Source: an uncultured delta proteobacterium | GTDB taxonomy: Bacteria; Myxococcota_A; UBA9160; SZUA-336 | Reading direction: 5' to 3' | DNA length: 64,000 nt | Assembly: GCA_963704165.1 (NCBI GenBank) | Contig: CAVPHD010000011.1 | Coordinates: forward strand, 1 to 64,000 | Part shown: piece after piece, positions 56,415-64,000 of the stretch | Position numbering within the stretch: the first letter of the stretch is position 1 | How the letters are laid out: every line of letters starts with the position of its first letter | Notes under the pieces: generated by a model | Database searches by the model: none | Told to the model about the DNA's origin: nothing | Seen by the model: only the letters and a program-made list of their open reading frames with translations | Program-made: the position numbers and the translations under genes

Positions 56415-57635
56415 GTGCGCGTTGGGTTCATCAGTTCGGAGAAGGTGGACGACGCCTCCGCATTCAGCGGCATGCCGGCAGCCGCTTGGGCGGCACTCGA
56501 TCGGCAGGGCTTCGACTTGGTGCATCTCGATTCAGGTTCGCTCGGAGGGGAACTCAATAGATTTCGCGACCGGCTCTACCCTCTGGCACGGAGGCTGATT
56601 CCCGCCGCGAAGCGCTGGCGCGCGCGACGGCGCGTCGAGGCGGTGCTCGACCACATCCCGAGACCGTTCGAGTACCAGCGGCTGATTGCGAGTGCCGTCG
56701 CGCGCAGCCAGCGCATTCAGATGCTTGCAGAGCGCGCCGACGTGGACGTGTTGTTTGGACTCTGCGTGAGCGTCGAGCTCTGCGCGCTCGATACCGCTCT
56801 GCCGATCGTCTACGCGACCGACGCCACGCCGCGCCTGATCCGTGCCACCTATCCGGAGCACGCGCACCACACCCGCGCGTTCTGGCGAGCGTGCGAGGAG
56901 ATCGAGAGCCGGAGCTTGCGGCGGATCAGCTTCGGGATCTTTCCGTCGGAGCGGACGCGTCGCTCGGCCGTCGATGATTACGGTCTCTCGCTCGAGCGCA
57001 GTTGTCTTCTGCCGCTCGGCGCGCACGTGGTGCCGGCGGAATCCGATGCGCCACTGCGCCCGGATCCACCCGGGCCCGACGCCATCGAGCTCGTCTGCGT
57101 GATGGCCGATCCCGTGCGCAAACGCCTCGACTTCTGCATCGACGTTGCCGAGGAGCTCGTGCGGCGTGGGATCTCGGTCCGGCTCAATCAGGTCGGGCCC
57201 CCCACGTCGCGCGCCCTTCGCTCGAGCGTGGTGCACTGCGCCGGCGCGCTGCGCCTGTCGGATCCCGCCGACCGACGGACGCACGTGGAACTGCTCCGGC
57301 GCAGCCACCTGCTGCTGCTGCCATCGCTGGGCGAGATGTTCGGTATCGCGCCCTGCGAGGCGGCGCACTTCGGGCGGCCGAGCCTGGTGAGCGACGCGGG
57401 TGGCCTGCCGAACGCGGTGCTGCACGAGAGGACGGGACTCGTGCTTCCGGTCGATGTCCCGCCCGCGCGATACGCCGACGAGATCGCGAAGCTGTGTCAC
57501 GACCCGGAGCGCTACCGCCGGCTTTCCGAGTCGGCGCTCCATCGCGCGCGCACCGAGCTCAACTGGGATGCCTGGGGAAGTGCGATCGCATCCATCCTCG
57601 AGTCCACCGTCCGACGCGAGTCCGCCCATGACTGA
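56415..57635 (+). CDS. Glycosyltransferase family 4
   Basis: RKRLD, EX7E motif EMFGIAPCEAA, GG...V...TG; GAGG RBS before GTG 56415. Confidence 0.88.
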   Translation: MRVGFISSEKVDDASAFSGMPAAAWAALDRQGFDLVHLDSGSLGGELNRFRDRLYPLARRLIPAAKRWRARRRVEAVLDHIPRPFEYQRLIASAVARSQRIQMLAERADVDVLFGLCVSVELCALDTALPIVYATDATPRLIRATYPEHAHHTRAFWRACEEIESRSLRRISFGIFPSERTRRSAVDDYGLSLERSCLLPLGAHVVPAESDAPLRPDPPGPDAIELVCVMADPVRKRLDFCIDVAEELVRRGISVRLNQVGPPTSRALRSSVVHCAGALRLSDPADRRTHVELLRRSHLLLLPSLGEMFGIAPCEAAHFGRPSLVSDAGGLPNAVLHERTGLVLPVDVPPARYADEIAKLCHDPERYRRLSESALHRARTELNWDAWGSAIASILESTVRRESAHD

Positions 57636-58620
57636 GGACGTCACGATCGTCGTCGTACCGCGCGATCACTTCTCGCACGCGCGCGCTTCACTCGAGAGTC
57701 TCTTCGTGCACACCCCCCTTCCCTACCAGATGATCTACGTGGACCACAGCGCACCACCCGAGGTCAGCGCGTGGATCGAGCGCACCTGCCACGAGCGCGG
57801 GATCCGGCACATGGCCGTCGATCATCCGCTCACGCCCAACGAGGCCAGGAATCTCGCGCTCCGCCAGGTCACGACTCGGTACACGGTCTTCGTCGACAAC
57901 GATGCGCTCGTGACGCAGGGGTGGCTCGAGCCGCTGGTCGAGGTCGCGGAGCGAGAGGGCGCGTGGCTGGTCGGGCCGCTCTATCTCATCGACGAGCTCG
58001 AGCGGGGTCACGTGCACATGTCGGGCGGCTGGCTCGGCGTCCGCGACGAGAACGGTCAGCGTCGCTTCCACGAAGCGCATCGCGATCCCGATGCACGGCT
58101 CGCGGACGTGCGCGGTCGCCTCGAAGCGGGCCCCACGGAGCTGGTCGAGTTCCACTGCATGCTGGTCCGAACGGCGCTGTTCGCGCGCATCGGTGAGCTC
58201 GACGAGCAGCTCTTGACCCACGCCGAGCACGTGGATCTGTGTCTGCGTGTGCAGCAGGCCGGTCTTCCGATCTGGTTCGAGCCGCGCAGCACGGTGACCT
58301 ATCTGCCGCCCAAGTCACTCCGGCCCGACGAGCTCGGCTTCTATCTACTCCGCTGGAACGAGGCGTGGAATCAAGCGTCGATCGATCGCTTCTGCGACAA
58401 GTGGCAGCTCGACGCCGGTGATCCGTACCGTGAGCACCAGCGCGAGTTCCTGCGTCTGATGCGACGGCGCGCGCTCGGCCGGATCGCTTGGCCCGTCGGT
58501 CGGGTGCTGGAGCTGCTCCTCTATCGCAAGGTCATCGGTCCACTCGTCGAGCCACTGGTCCAGCGACTGGAGAACTCTGCGATCCGACCTCTCGCGATCG
58601 CGCGCGACGCCTCGGCCTGA
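57628..58620 (+). CDS. Glycosyltransferase family 2
   Basis: TIVVV, YVD, ARN, DxD motif FVDND, EHVDLC.R. Confidence 0.88.
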   Translation: MTEDVTIVVVPRDHFSHARASLESLFVHTPLPYQMIYVDHSAPPEVSAWIERTCHERGIRHMAVDHPLTPNEARNLALRQVTTRYTVFVDNDALVTQGWLEPLVEVAEREGAWLVGPLYLIDELERGHVHMSGGWLGVRDENGQRRFHEAHRDPDARLADVRGRLEAGPTELVEFHCMLVRTALFARIGELDEQLLTHAEHVDLCLRVQQAGLPIWFEPRSTVTYLPPKSLRPDELGFYLLRWNEAWNQASIDRFCDKWQLDAGDPYREHQREFLRLMRRRALGRIAWPVGRVLELLLYRKVIGPLVEPLVQRLENSAIRPLAIARDASA

Positions 58621-58703
58621 AGGGCTGAGCCGAACCTGCGATCGGCATTGTGCCTCCTGCCTCCGACAGGCCCGTCACTGCACCGCCGTCCCTGGCGGGG
58701 GAT

Positions 58704-59810
58704 CTAGCGATGCGGGTCAGGCGCCGCTCTTCGAATCGCGCCCTCGGCCGGCCGCCAGCCGGCGTACTTCGGATGATCCGCGCCGATCGGCAGCTCGACC
58801 GGCCGGCCCGTCTCGGCCGAATGGTAGATTGCCGTCACGAGTTCGAGCGAGGCGCGCGCGTCGGCGATCGTCACCGGGAGCGCCGCGCCGGTCGTGATCG
58901 CGGCGTGGAAGGCGGCGATCTGTCCGGGGAAGCCTTCGGCGCCGGGATCGAAGCCGGCGAGGCAGTCGTCGATGCGCCGCTGCGCCTCGGCCGAGGCCGG
59001 CGTGATCGTCCACGGCTCCGCGCCCGGCGTGTAGGGCGCGAGGCTGCTCTCGGCGACGAGGTGTTCGAAGCACAGCCGCAGTCGCGAGATCTCGCGCGCC
59101 GAGCCGAGCGTCGCCGCGAGCGACGCGAGCGCGCCGCTTTCGAGCTCGAGCGCGACGACCGCGCAGTCCTCGCTCTCGATCGGGTTGACGCGCGTCGCGA
59201 GCCGGGCGAAGACCGAGCGCGCCGGCCCGCAAATCCAGTGCAGAAGATCGTGGGCGTGGATCGCGTGCGAGACGCAGACGCCGCCGAGCTCGCTCTCGAA
59301 GCGGCCGCGCCACGGCACGGCGTAGTAGTCGGCACCGCGCTTCCACGCCGTCTCGACGGTCGCGAGATGGCAGCGCCCCGCGACGCCCTCGGCGACGAGC
59401 TTGCGCAGCCGCGCGACGCCGCGCCCGAAGCGGTACTGGAAGATCGGCATCAGCCGGCCCTTCGAGCCGGCTTCGCAGCGCGAGAGCTCGTCGGCGTCCG
59501 CGAGCGAGCCGACGAGCGGCTTCTCGCAGATCACGTGACGACCCGCCTCGAGCGCCGCACGCGCCATCTCGACGTGCAAGACCGGCGGCGTGCAGACGTC
59601 GATCACGTCGATGCCGTCGTGCGCGACGAGCTCGTCGAAGCGCTCGGTCGCGAACGGGATGCCGAAGAGCATCTTCGCGAGGCCGAGCCTGCCGGCATCG
59701 GCGTCGCAGACCGCGACGATCTCGAAGCGGTCGCCGAGGTCGCGGTAGGCCGTGAGGTGCTGGAAGCCGATTCCGAGACCGACCACGCCGACGCGGAGCC
59801 GATCGCTCAC
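58704..59810 (-). CDS. Gfo/Idh/MocA oxidoreductase
   Basis: VGVVGLGIG, CTPP..H, HVICEKP, GGV...AIH.HD. Confidence 0.92.
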   Translation of the reverse strand: MSDRLRVGVVGLGIGFQHLTAYRDLGDRFEIVAVCDADAGRLGLAKMLFGIPFATERFDELVAHDGIDVIDVCTPPVLHVEMARAALEAGRHVICEKPLVGSLADADELSRCEAGSKGRLMPIFQYRFGRGVARLRKLVAEGVAGRCHLATVETAWKRGADYYAVPWRGRFESELGGVCVSHAIHAHDLLHWICGPARSVFARLATRVNPIESEDCAVVALELESGALASLAATLGSAREISRLRLCFEHLVAESSLAPYTPGAEPWTITPASAEAQRRIDDCLAGFDPGAEGFPGQIAAFHAAITTGAALPVTIADARASLELVTAIYHSAETGRPVELPIGADHPKYAGWRPAEGAIRRAAPDPHR

Positions 59811-60853
59811 GAGGCAGCTCCCCGGTCCCCGGCCAGATGGCCGAGTCGCACCGCGCGCGCCTGCGCCTGCAACACCAGCTCGCAGGCGCGGAAGCAGTGC
59901 GCCTGGGTCATCGCGGTCTCGGTGCGGTCGTGCACGTCGGCAGCGAAGGCCGGACCGAAGGGCAGCGCATCGTGGCGGCAGTCGAAGCGGCGCAGCTCGC
60001 CGCGCTCGACGAGGAAGAGGTGATCCGGTCCCGGAGCGCCGCCTGGGTCGCAATACTTGCGCACCTCGAGATAGCCCTCGGTGCCGAGCACGAAGAGGCG
60101 GCCGTCGCCCCAGGTCGGAAGCGCGTCGGGCGTGTACCAGTCGACGCGCACCGAGCCCGTCGCCGCCTTGCCGCGCAGGTAGAGCTCGCCGAAGTCCTCG
60201 AAGCCCGGATGCTCGGGATGCGCCCAGTTCGCGACCGTCGACGCCACGACCTCGGCGTCGTACGCGCCGGTGAAGTGCAGGAACTGGTCGAGCTGGTGCG
60301 AGGCGATGTCGCAGAGCACGCCGCCGTAGCGCTCGCGCTCGAAGAACCAGTTCGGCCGCTGCCCGAGGTTCGCTCGGTGAGGGCCGAGGCCGATCGTCTG
60401 CACCACGCGCCCGATCGCGCCCTCGGCGACGAGCTTCGACGCGCGCGTGGTCGCGCGGCTCTCGAAGCGCTCGGCAAAGAACACCGAGTAGATGCGGCCG
60501 GTCTCGCGCTGCACGCGCCGCACCTCGTCGAGCTGCGCGAGCGTCGTCATGCCGGGCTTGTCGACGAGGAAGTCCTTGCCGTGCTGCAGCACTCGCACAC
60601 CGAGCGGTGCCCGCTCGCTCGGGATCGAGGCGGAGGTGACCACCTGGATCGATCCGTCCTCGAGGATCTCGCGCTCGTCGTGCGCGCGCTTCGCCTGCGG
60701 ATACAGGCGCGCGAAGCCCTCGGCCTGCGCCGGCTCGGCGACGCGGAAGGCGACGAGCTCGCCGCCGGCGGCGAGCAACGTCGAGACCTGACCGAAGATG
60801 TGCGGATGGTCGACGCCGATCACGGCAAAGCGCAGCGGGGGTCGGTCGGGCAT
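59807..60853 (-). CDS. Gfo/Idh/MocA oxidoreductase
   Basis: FAVIG..HPH, DKPG, GGVLCDIASHQLD, WGDGR..VLGTEG; overlaps the next gene's start. Confidence 0.9.
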   Translation of the reverse strand: MPDRPPLRFAVIGVDHPHIFGQVSTLLAAGGELVAFRVAEPAQAEGFARLYPQAKRAHDEREILEDGSIQVVTSASIPSERAPLGVRVLQHGKDFLVDKPGMTTLAQLDEVRRVQRETGRIYSVFFAERFESRATTRASKLVAEGAIGRVVQTIGLGPHRANLGQRPNWFFERERYGGVLCDIASHQLDQFLHFTGAYDAEVVASTVANWAHPEHPGFEDFGELYLRGKAATGSVRVDWYTPDALPTWGDGRLFVLGTEGYLEVRKYCDPGGAPGPDHLFLVERGELRRFDCRHDALPFGPAFAADVHDRTETAMTQAHCFRACELVLQAQARAVRLGHLAGDRGAAS

Positions 60854-61217
60854 CGGGGAATCGCTCCTCAGCGCGCGGCCTGCGGTACGCAAGCCGGCTC
60901 GATCGTCTCACGCAGGCTGGAGTGGCACCAAGCGGCAGGCAGGACGGCCCCCCGGCGGCACAGCAAAGGCCCACATCGGAGCGGCGACTCTCTTCGTTCC
61001 CGTCGAAGGTCAGCGGTTCCGGGTGCAGTGGAGCTGGGCCGCTCCGGACCTGCGGGTCCGGCTCGGCCAGGGTTGGGTCGTCGGTGAGCGTTCTGGAAGC
61101 CGCGGACGGAAGGTGCCACGAACTCTTGTGGACTTCCGACGTACCCCACCCACAGAATTCGTCGCCGCATCGGTTCCGGCCAGAACTTCGCAGACCCAGA
61201 CACGGGAGTGACTCCAG

Positions 61218-61943
61218 ATGCTCACGGCAGTCCGCTTCGATCCCCGGAAGGCGCGGGGACCTGCTTTCCTCCGTACGGCACTGGGTTGCTTGGGGGCGCT
61301 CCTCCTACCCGGCCTAAGCTTCGCCGCCCCGATCACCGTCCCCACCTCGCTCTTGCCGGGTCAGCAGTACCGGCTGGCGTTCGTGACGGCGGGCACCCAC
61401 GATGCGACCTCCTTGAGCATCGCCGACTACGATGCCTTCGTTACGGCGGAGGCGAACATGGAAGCGGCGCTGAGTTCGATCTCGTGGCAGGTGATCGGAT
61501 CGACGGCCAGTGTCTCAGCGCGCGACCACACCGGCACGGGACTCGGCGACCGTCCGGGTGTGCCAATCTTCCTCCTCGACGGTGTCAAGCTCGTCGACAA
61601 TTACGCGGACCTATGGGACGGATCCGTAGATGTCCCATTCTGGATCGACCAGCACGGCCAATATGAGGCAATCATCCATGTATGGACGGGCACCGGTCCG
61701 GGCGGCTTGGCGGATCCATACCCGCTCGGATCCCTCGAGGTCGCATATGGACTTACCTATTATTGGGCCGATCGGCAGAACCCCTACTGGATCCACTGGG
61801 ACCAACGGTGGTCGAGTGCGTTTTTGCCGCTCTACGCCCTGTCCGAAGTTTTGACAGTTCCCGTCCCGGAACCCCGCCTCACGGTGCTTTTCACGCTCGT
61901 CTTCGCTGGGGTCTTGTCTGCTCGACGGGTCCGACTAGCTTAG
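61218..61943 (+). CDS. PEP-CTERM sorting-domain surface protein
   Basis: Signal peptide ending SFA, YRLAFVT, C-terminal VPEP + TM + RRVR. Confidence 0.85.
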   Translation: MLTAVRFDPRKARGPAFLRTALGCLGALLLPGLSFAAPITVPTSLLPGQQYRLAFVTAGTHDATSLSIADYDAFVTAEANMEAALSSISWQVIGSTASVSARDHTGTGLGDRPGVPIFLLDGVKLVDNYADLWDGSVDVPFWIDQHGQYEAIIHVWTGTGPGGLADPYPLGSLEVAYGLTYYWADRQNPYWIHWDQRWSSAFLPLYALSEVLTVPVPEPRLTVLFTLVFAGVLSARRVRLA

Positions 61944-61959
61944 CAACGGCTGCGTCCAC

Positions 61960-62160
61960 GCCTGCGCAACAGAGTCCTGCATTCGTCCATCGCAGTCAGC
62001 GCCGAACGAAGTGCCCAAGCGCAGCGCGAGAAGACCTCCCGCATCGCTCTTTCTCTTCAAGTCGGGCCACACGTTCGAGGAACCGTTCCAGCGTCGCTCG
62101 GGCGACCGTGAGCCGACCCAGCACGAGGCGGTAGCCAAGGAAGTCGAAGCCGCGCTTGGC
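61960..62160 (-). pseudogene. C-terminal remnant of a group II-like reverse transcriptase
   Basis: RGFDFLGY (RT subdomain 7) ...RFLERVARL...LGHFVRR*LRWTNAGL, with an in-frame TGA; no upstream RT domains or start. Confidence 0.7.
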
Positions 62161-62175
62161 GGAACGCGATCTCGT

Positions 62176-62251
62176 TGGAGCGGGAAACGGGACTCGAACC
62201 CGCGACCCCAAGCTTGGGAAGCTTGTGCTCTACCAGCTGAGCTATTCCCGC
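62176..62251 (-). tRNA. tRNA-Gly (CCC)
   Basis: GCGGGAATAGCTCAGCTGGTAGAGCACAAGCTTCCCAAGCTTGGGGTCGCGGGTTCGAGTCCCGTTTCCCGCTCCA: 76 nt cloverleaf, anticodon CCC, encoded CCA end. Confidence 0.98.
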
Positions 62252-62309
62252 GTGGTCGCGAGCATAGCGGCTCGCCTGCGGGAGCGGAAGCGGGGCGAGC
62301 GCGGCGGGA

Positions 62310-63727
62310 TCAGTCGCTGACCTGGATCTCTTCGAAGAGCAGGTCGAGCTCGTCGTCGTCGCTCGCGGGGGCGACTTCGGCCTCGGCTTCGACCTCGAGC
62401 GCGACGCTGCGCAGGTCGAAGCTCGCTTCGTTTCGCTCGCTCTCGCGCTGAGACTCGGACTCGGGCTCGCGCTCGACGGGAGGATCTTCCTCTCGAAGCA
62501 TGGCGCCGAGGCTCCAGTCCGAGTCCTCGGGCCCGAACTCGGGCGTGTGCGCGGCCTCGGGCGGGGGCTCGATCGCGAGGTCGATCGCGTCCTCGGCGGC
62601 GGGCTCGGGCGCGGCGGCCTGCGCCTCGAGCTCCTCGATCTCGACCGCTTCGATCTCGACGTCCTCGATCTCGACTTCTTCGATCTCGAGCGCCGTCACG
62701 TCGAGATCGGGCGACGAGACCTCCTCGACGAGATCCGCAGGTTCGAAGTTCGCCGAGATCTCCTCGCTCGAGGCGGGCTCGGGCGCGGCCGGCGGCGGTT
62801 CGGCGCGCGCGATCGGCATCGAGGCGACCGGCTCGAGCCAGTCGGCGGGCGAGTGCTCCGCTTCGAGGGACGTCGAGGGCTCCGACGGGTTCGGGTCTCG
62901 ACCTCGACCGACATCGGCACGAGCCCGAGCGCTTCGGCCGCCGCCACCACGATCGAGCTGTCCACCCGTCGGGCCTCGCAGAGGAACGCCTCGAAGAGCG
63001 CGTTGTCGGCGATCGTGTTGAGCACCCTCGGCACGCCGCCCGAGCAGCGGAACAACGCCTCGAGCGCATCCGGCGTGAAGACGGGCTCCGTCGCACCCGC
63101 GAGCCGCAGCCGGTGAGACACGTAGGCCTGCGATTCGAGCCAGTCCATCGCGGTGAGCTCGACGCGGATCTCGACGCGCTGCGCGAGCGGTGCGTCGAGC
63201 TTCAGGATCTCGCCGAGCTCGGGCAGGCCGAAGAGCACCAGACTGACGAGCTTGCGGCCTTCGTGCAGAAGGTTCAGGAGCCCGCGGAACTCCTCCATCG
63301 CGTCGCGGTTGCGGAAGAGCTGCGCCTCGTCGATCAACAACACCGAACTGCGTTTGGACGCGGCGATCGAGACGAGCTGCGCGTGGATCTGATCGACGAG
63401 CGCCTGCACCTGCGACGCCGGCGCGTGCACGCCGAACGCGCGCGCGACGTTGGGCAGGAACCAGCCCGAAGAGCAAGCCTCGTGAGGAATCGACAGGTAG
63501 TGCGCGGAGAACTCGCGCGGGTCGAGCGCGCGCAGCAGCGAGTGCGCAAGCGTCGTCTTGCCCAGACCCGGTCCACCGACGAGAACGGACAGCGCCCGCC
63601 GCTGTTGAACGCCGCGCATCAGGCGCAGCCGGGCGCGTTTCTGCGGCGCGCTCTCGAAGTAGAAGCGCTCGTCGCACTCGTTCTGGAACGGGTCCGTGGG
63701 AAGCCGGAAGAACTTCAGATGCTCCAT
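62310..63727 (-). CDS. ExeA/GspA-family AAA+ ATPase with acidic C-terminal tail, frameshift near 62900
   Basis: FF.L..DPF, Walker A GGPGLGKTT, Walker B LLIDEAQ, LVLFGLPEL, L.QR, SGGVPR.LN..DNAL; Glu/Asp-rich tail in ORF 62310..63677. Confidence 0.85.
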
Positions 63728-63758
63728 GCGTTTCCTCGTCCGCGCGGGCTGCGCGCGA

Positions 63759-64000
63759 TCAACCGAACCTCGAAAGCCGCTCCACCACGTCGCGGAAGCT
63801 CGGGTCGGCCGCGGCCACCTTCTCGAAGGCCTCGCGCGCTTCGGCCTCGCGTCCGGCGGCGAGAAGCGCCTCTCCGAGGTCGTAGCGGAGCGAGACCACC
63901 GCGTCGTCCGAGTCCCCGGCGCGCGCGAGCGCGTCCTCGAGGTGCGCGGCCGCCGCCGTCGGATCTCCGAGCGCGAGCCTGCAGTACGCGAGCAGCGACA
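63759..64000 (-). CDS. TPR-repeat protein, 5'-partial
   Basis: Manual translation ...SLRYDLGEALLAAGREAEAREAFEKVAAADPSFRDVVERLSRFG*. Confidence 0.75.
   Translation of the reverse strand, partial: SLLAYCRLALGDPTAAAAHLEDALARAGDSDDAVVSLRYDLGEALLAAGREAEAREAFEKVAAADPSFRDVVERLSRFG

Noticed and set aside
61028..61037. TGGAGCTGGG as an att copy of the tRNA-Gly 3' end
   Set aside because: Only about 6 contiguous bases match, which is not distinguishable from chance.
61218..62160. Diversity-generating retroelement (RT next to a surface protein)
   Set aside because: I found no template/variable repeat pair, and the RT is only a C-terminal fragment.
62600..62710. Tandem CTCGATCTCGAC-like repeats
   Set aside because: They encode the EIEEV/EIEDV low-complexity tail of the ATPase and are not a separate element.

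Overview
High-GC bacterial chromosome segment with Gram-negative envelope genes (lptD, lapAB) and PEP-CTERM/IPTL-type proteins. A Myxococcota/'deltaproteobacterial' origin is my inference and was not tested. Single-base frameshifts in conserved genes (amiC, mutS, kup, hisC, pheA, rnhA, exeA and others) most likely reflect long-read assembly errors. The left half is core genome: amiC, mutS, a DAHP synthase, pheA-hisC-tyrA-rpsA-ihfB-HIT-lapA-lapB, coaE, trpE-G-D-C-(F/B fusion)-A and lptD. The middle holds tRNA-wobble modification genes: queG, trmL, elp3 and a Trm9-like methyltransferase. The right half carries lipid-catabolic genes (MaoC pairs, crotonases, P450, SDRs), surface proteins, glycosyltransferases and tRNA-Gly(CCC) with a decayed reverse-transcriptase remnant. 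Best leads: (1) head-to-head elp3 plus a Trm9/ALKBH8-like gene, a candidate bacterial two-gene mcm5U34 pathway; (2) a 26-codon Phe/Tyr/Trp leader-peptide attenuator in front of the DAHP synthase, below the ORF-track length cut-off; (3) recurrent leaderless promoter geometry; (4) an in-frame TrpF-TrpB fusion; (5) an RT pseudogene and PEP-CTERM islet at tRNA-Gly. All family calls come from reading motifs by eye; no searches were run.
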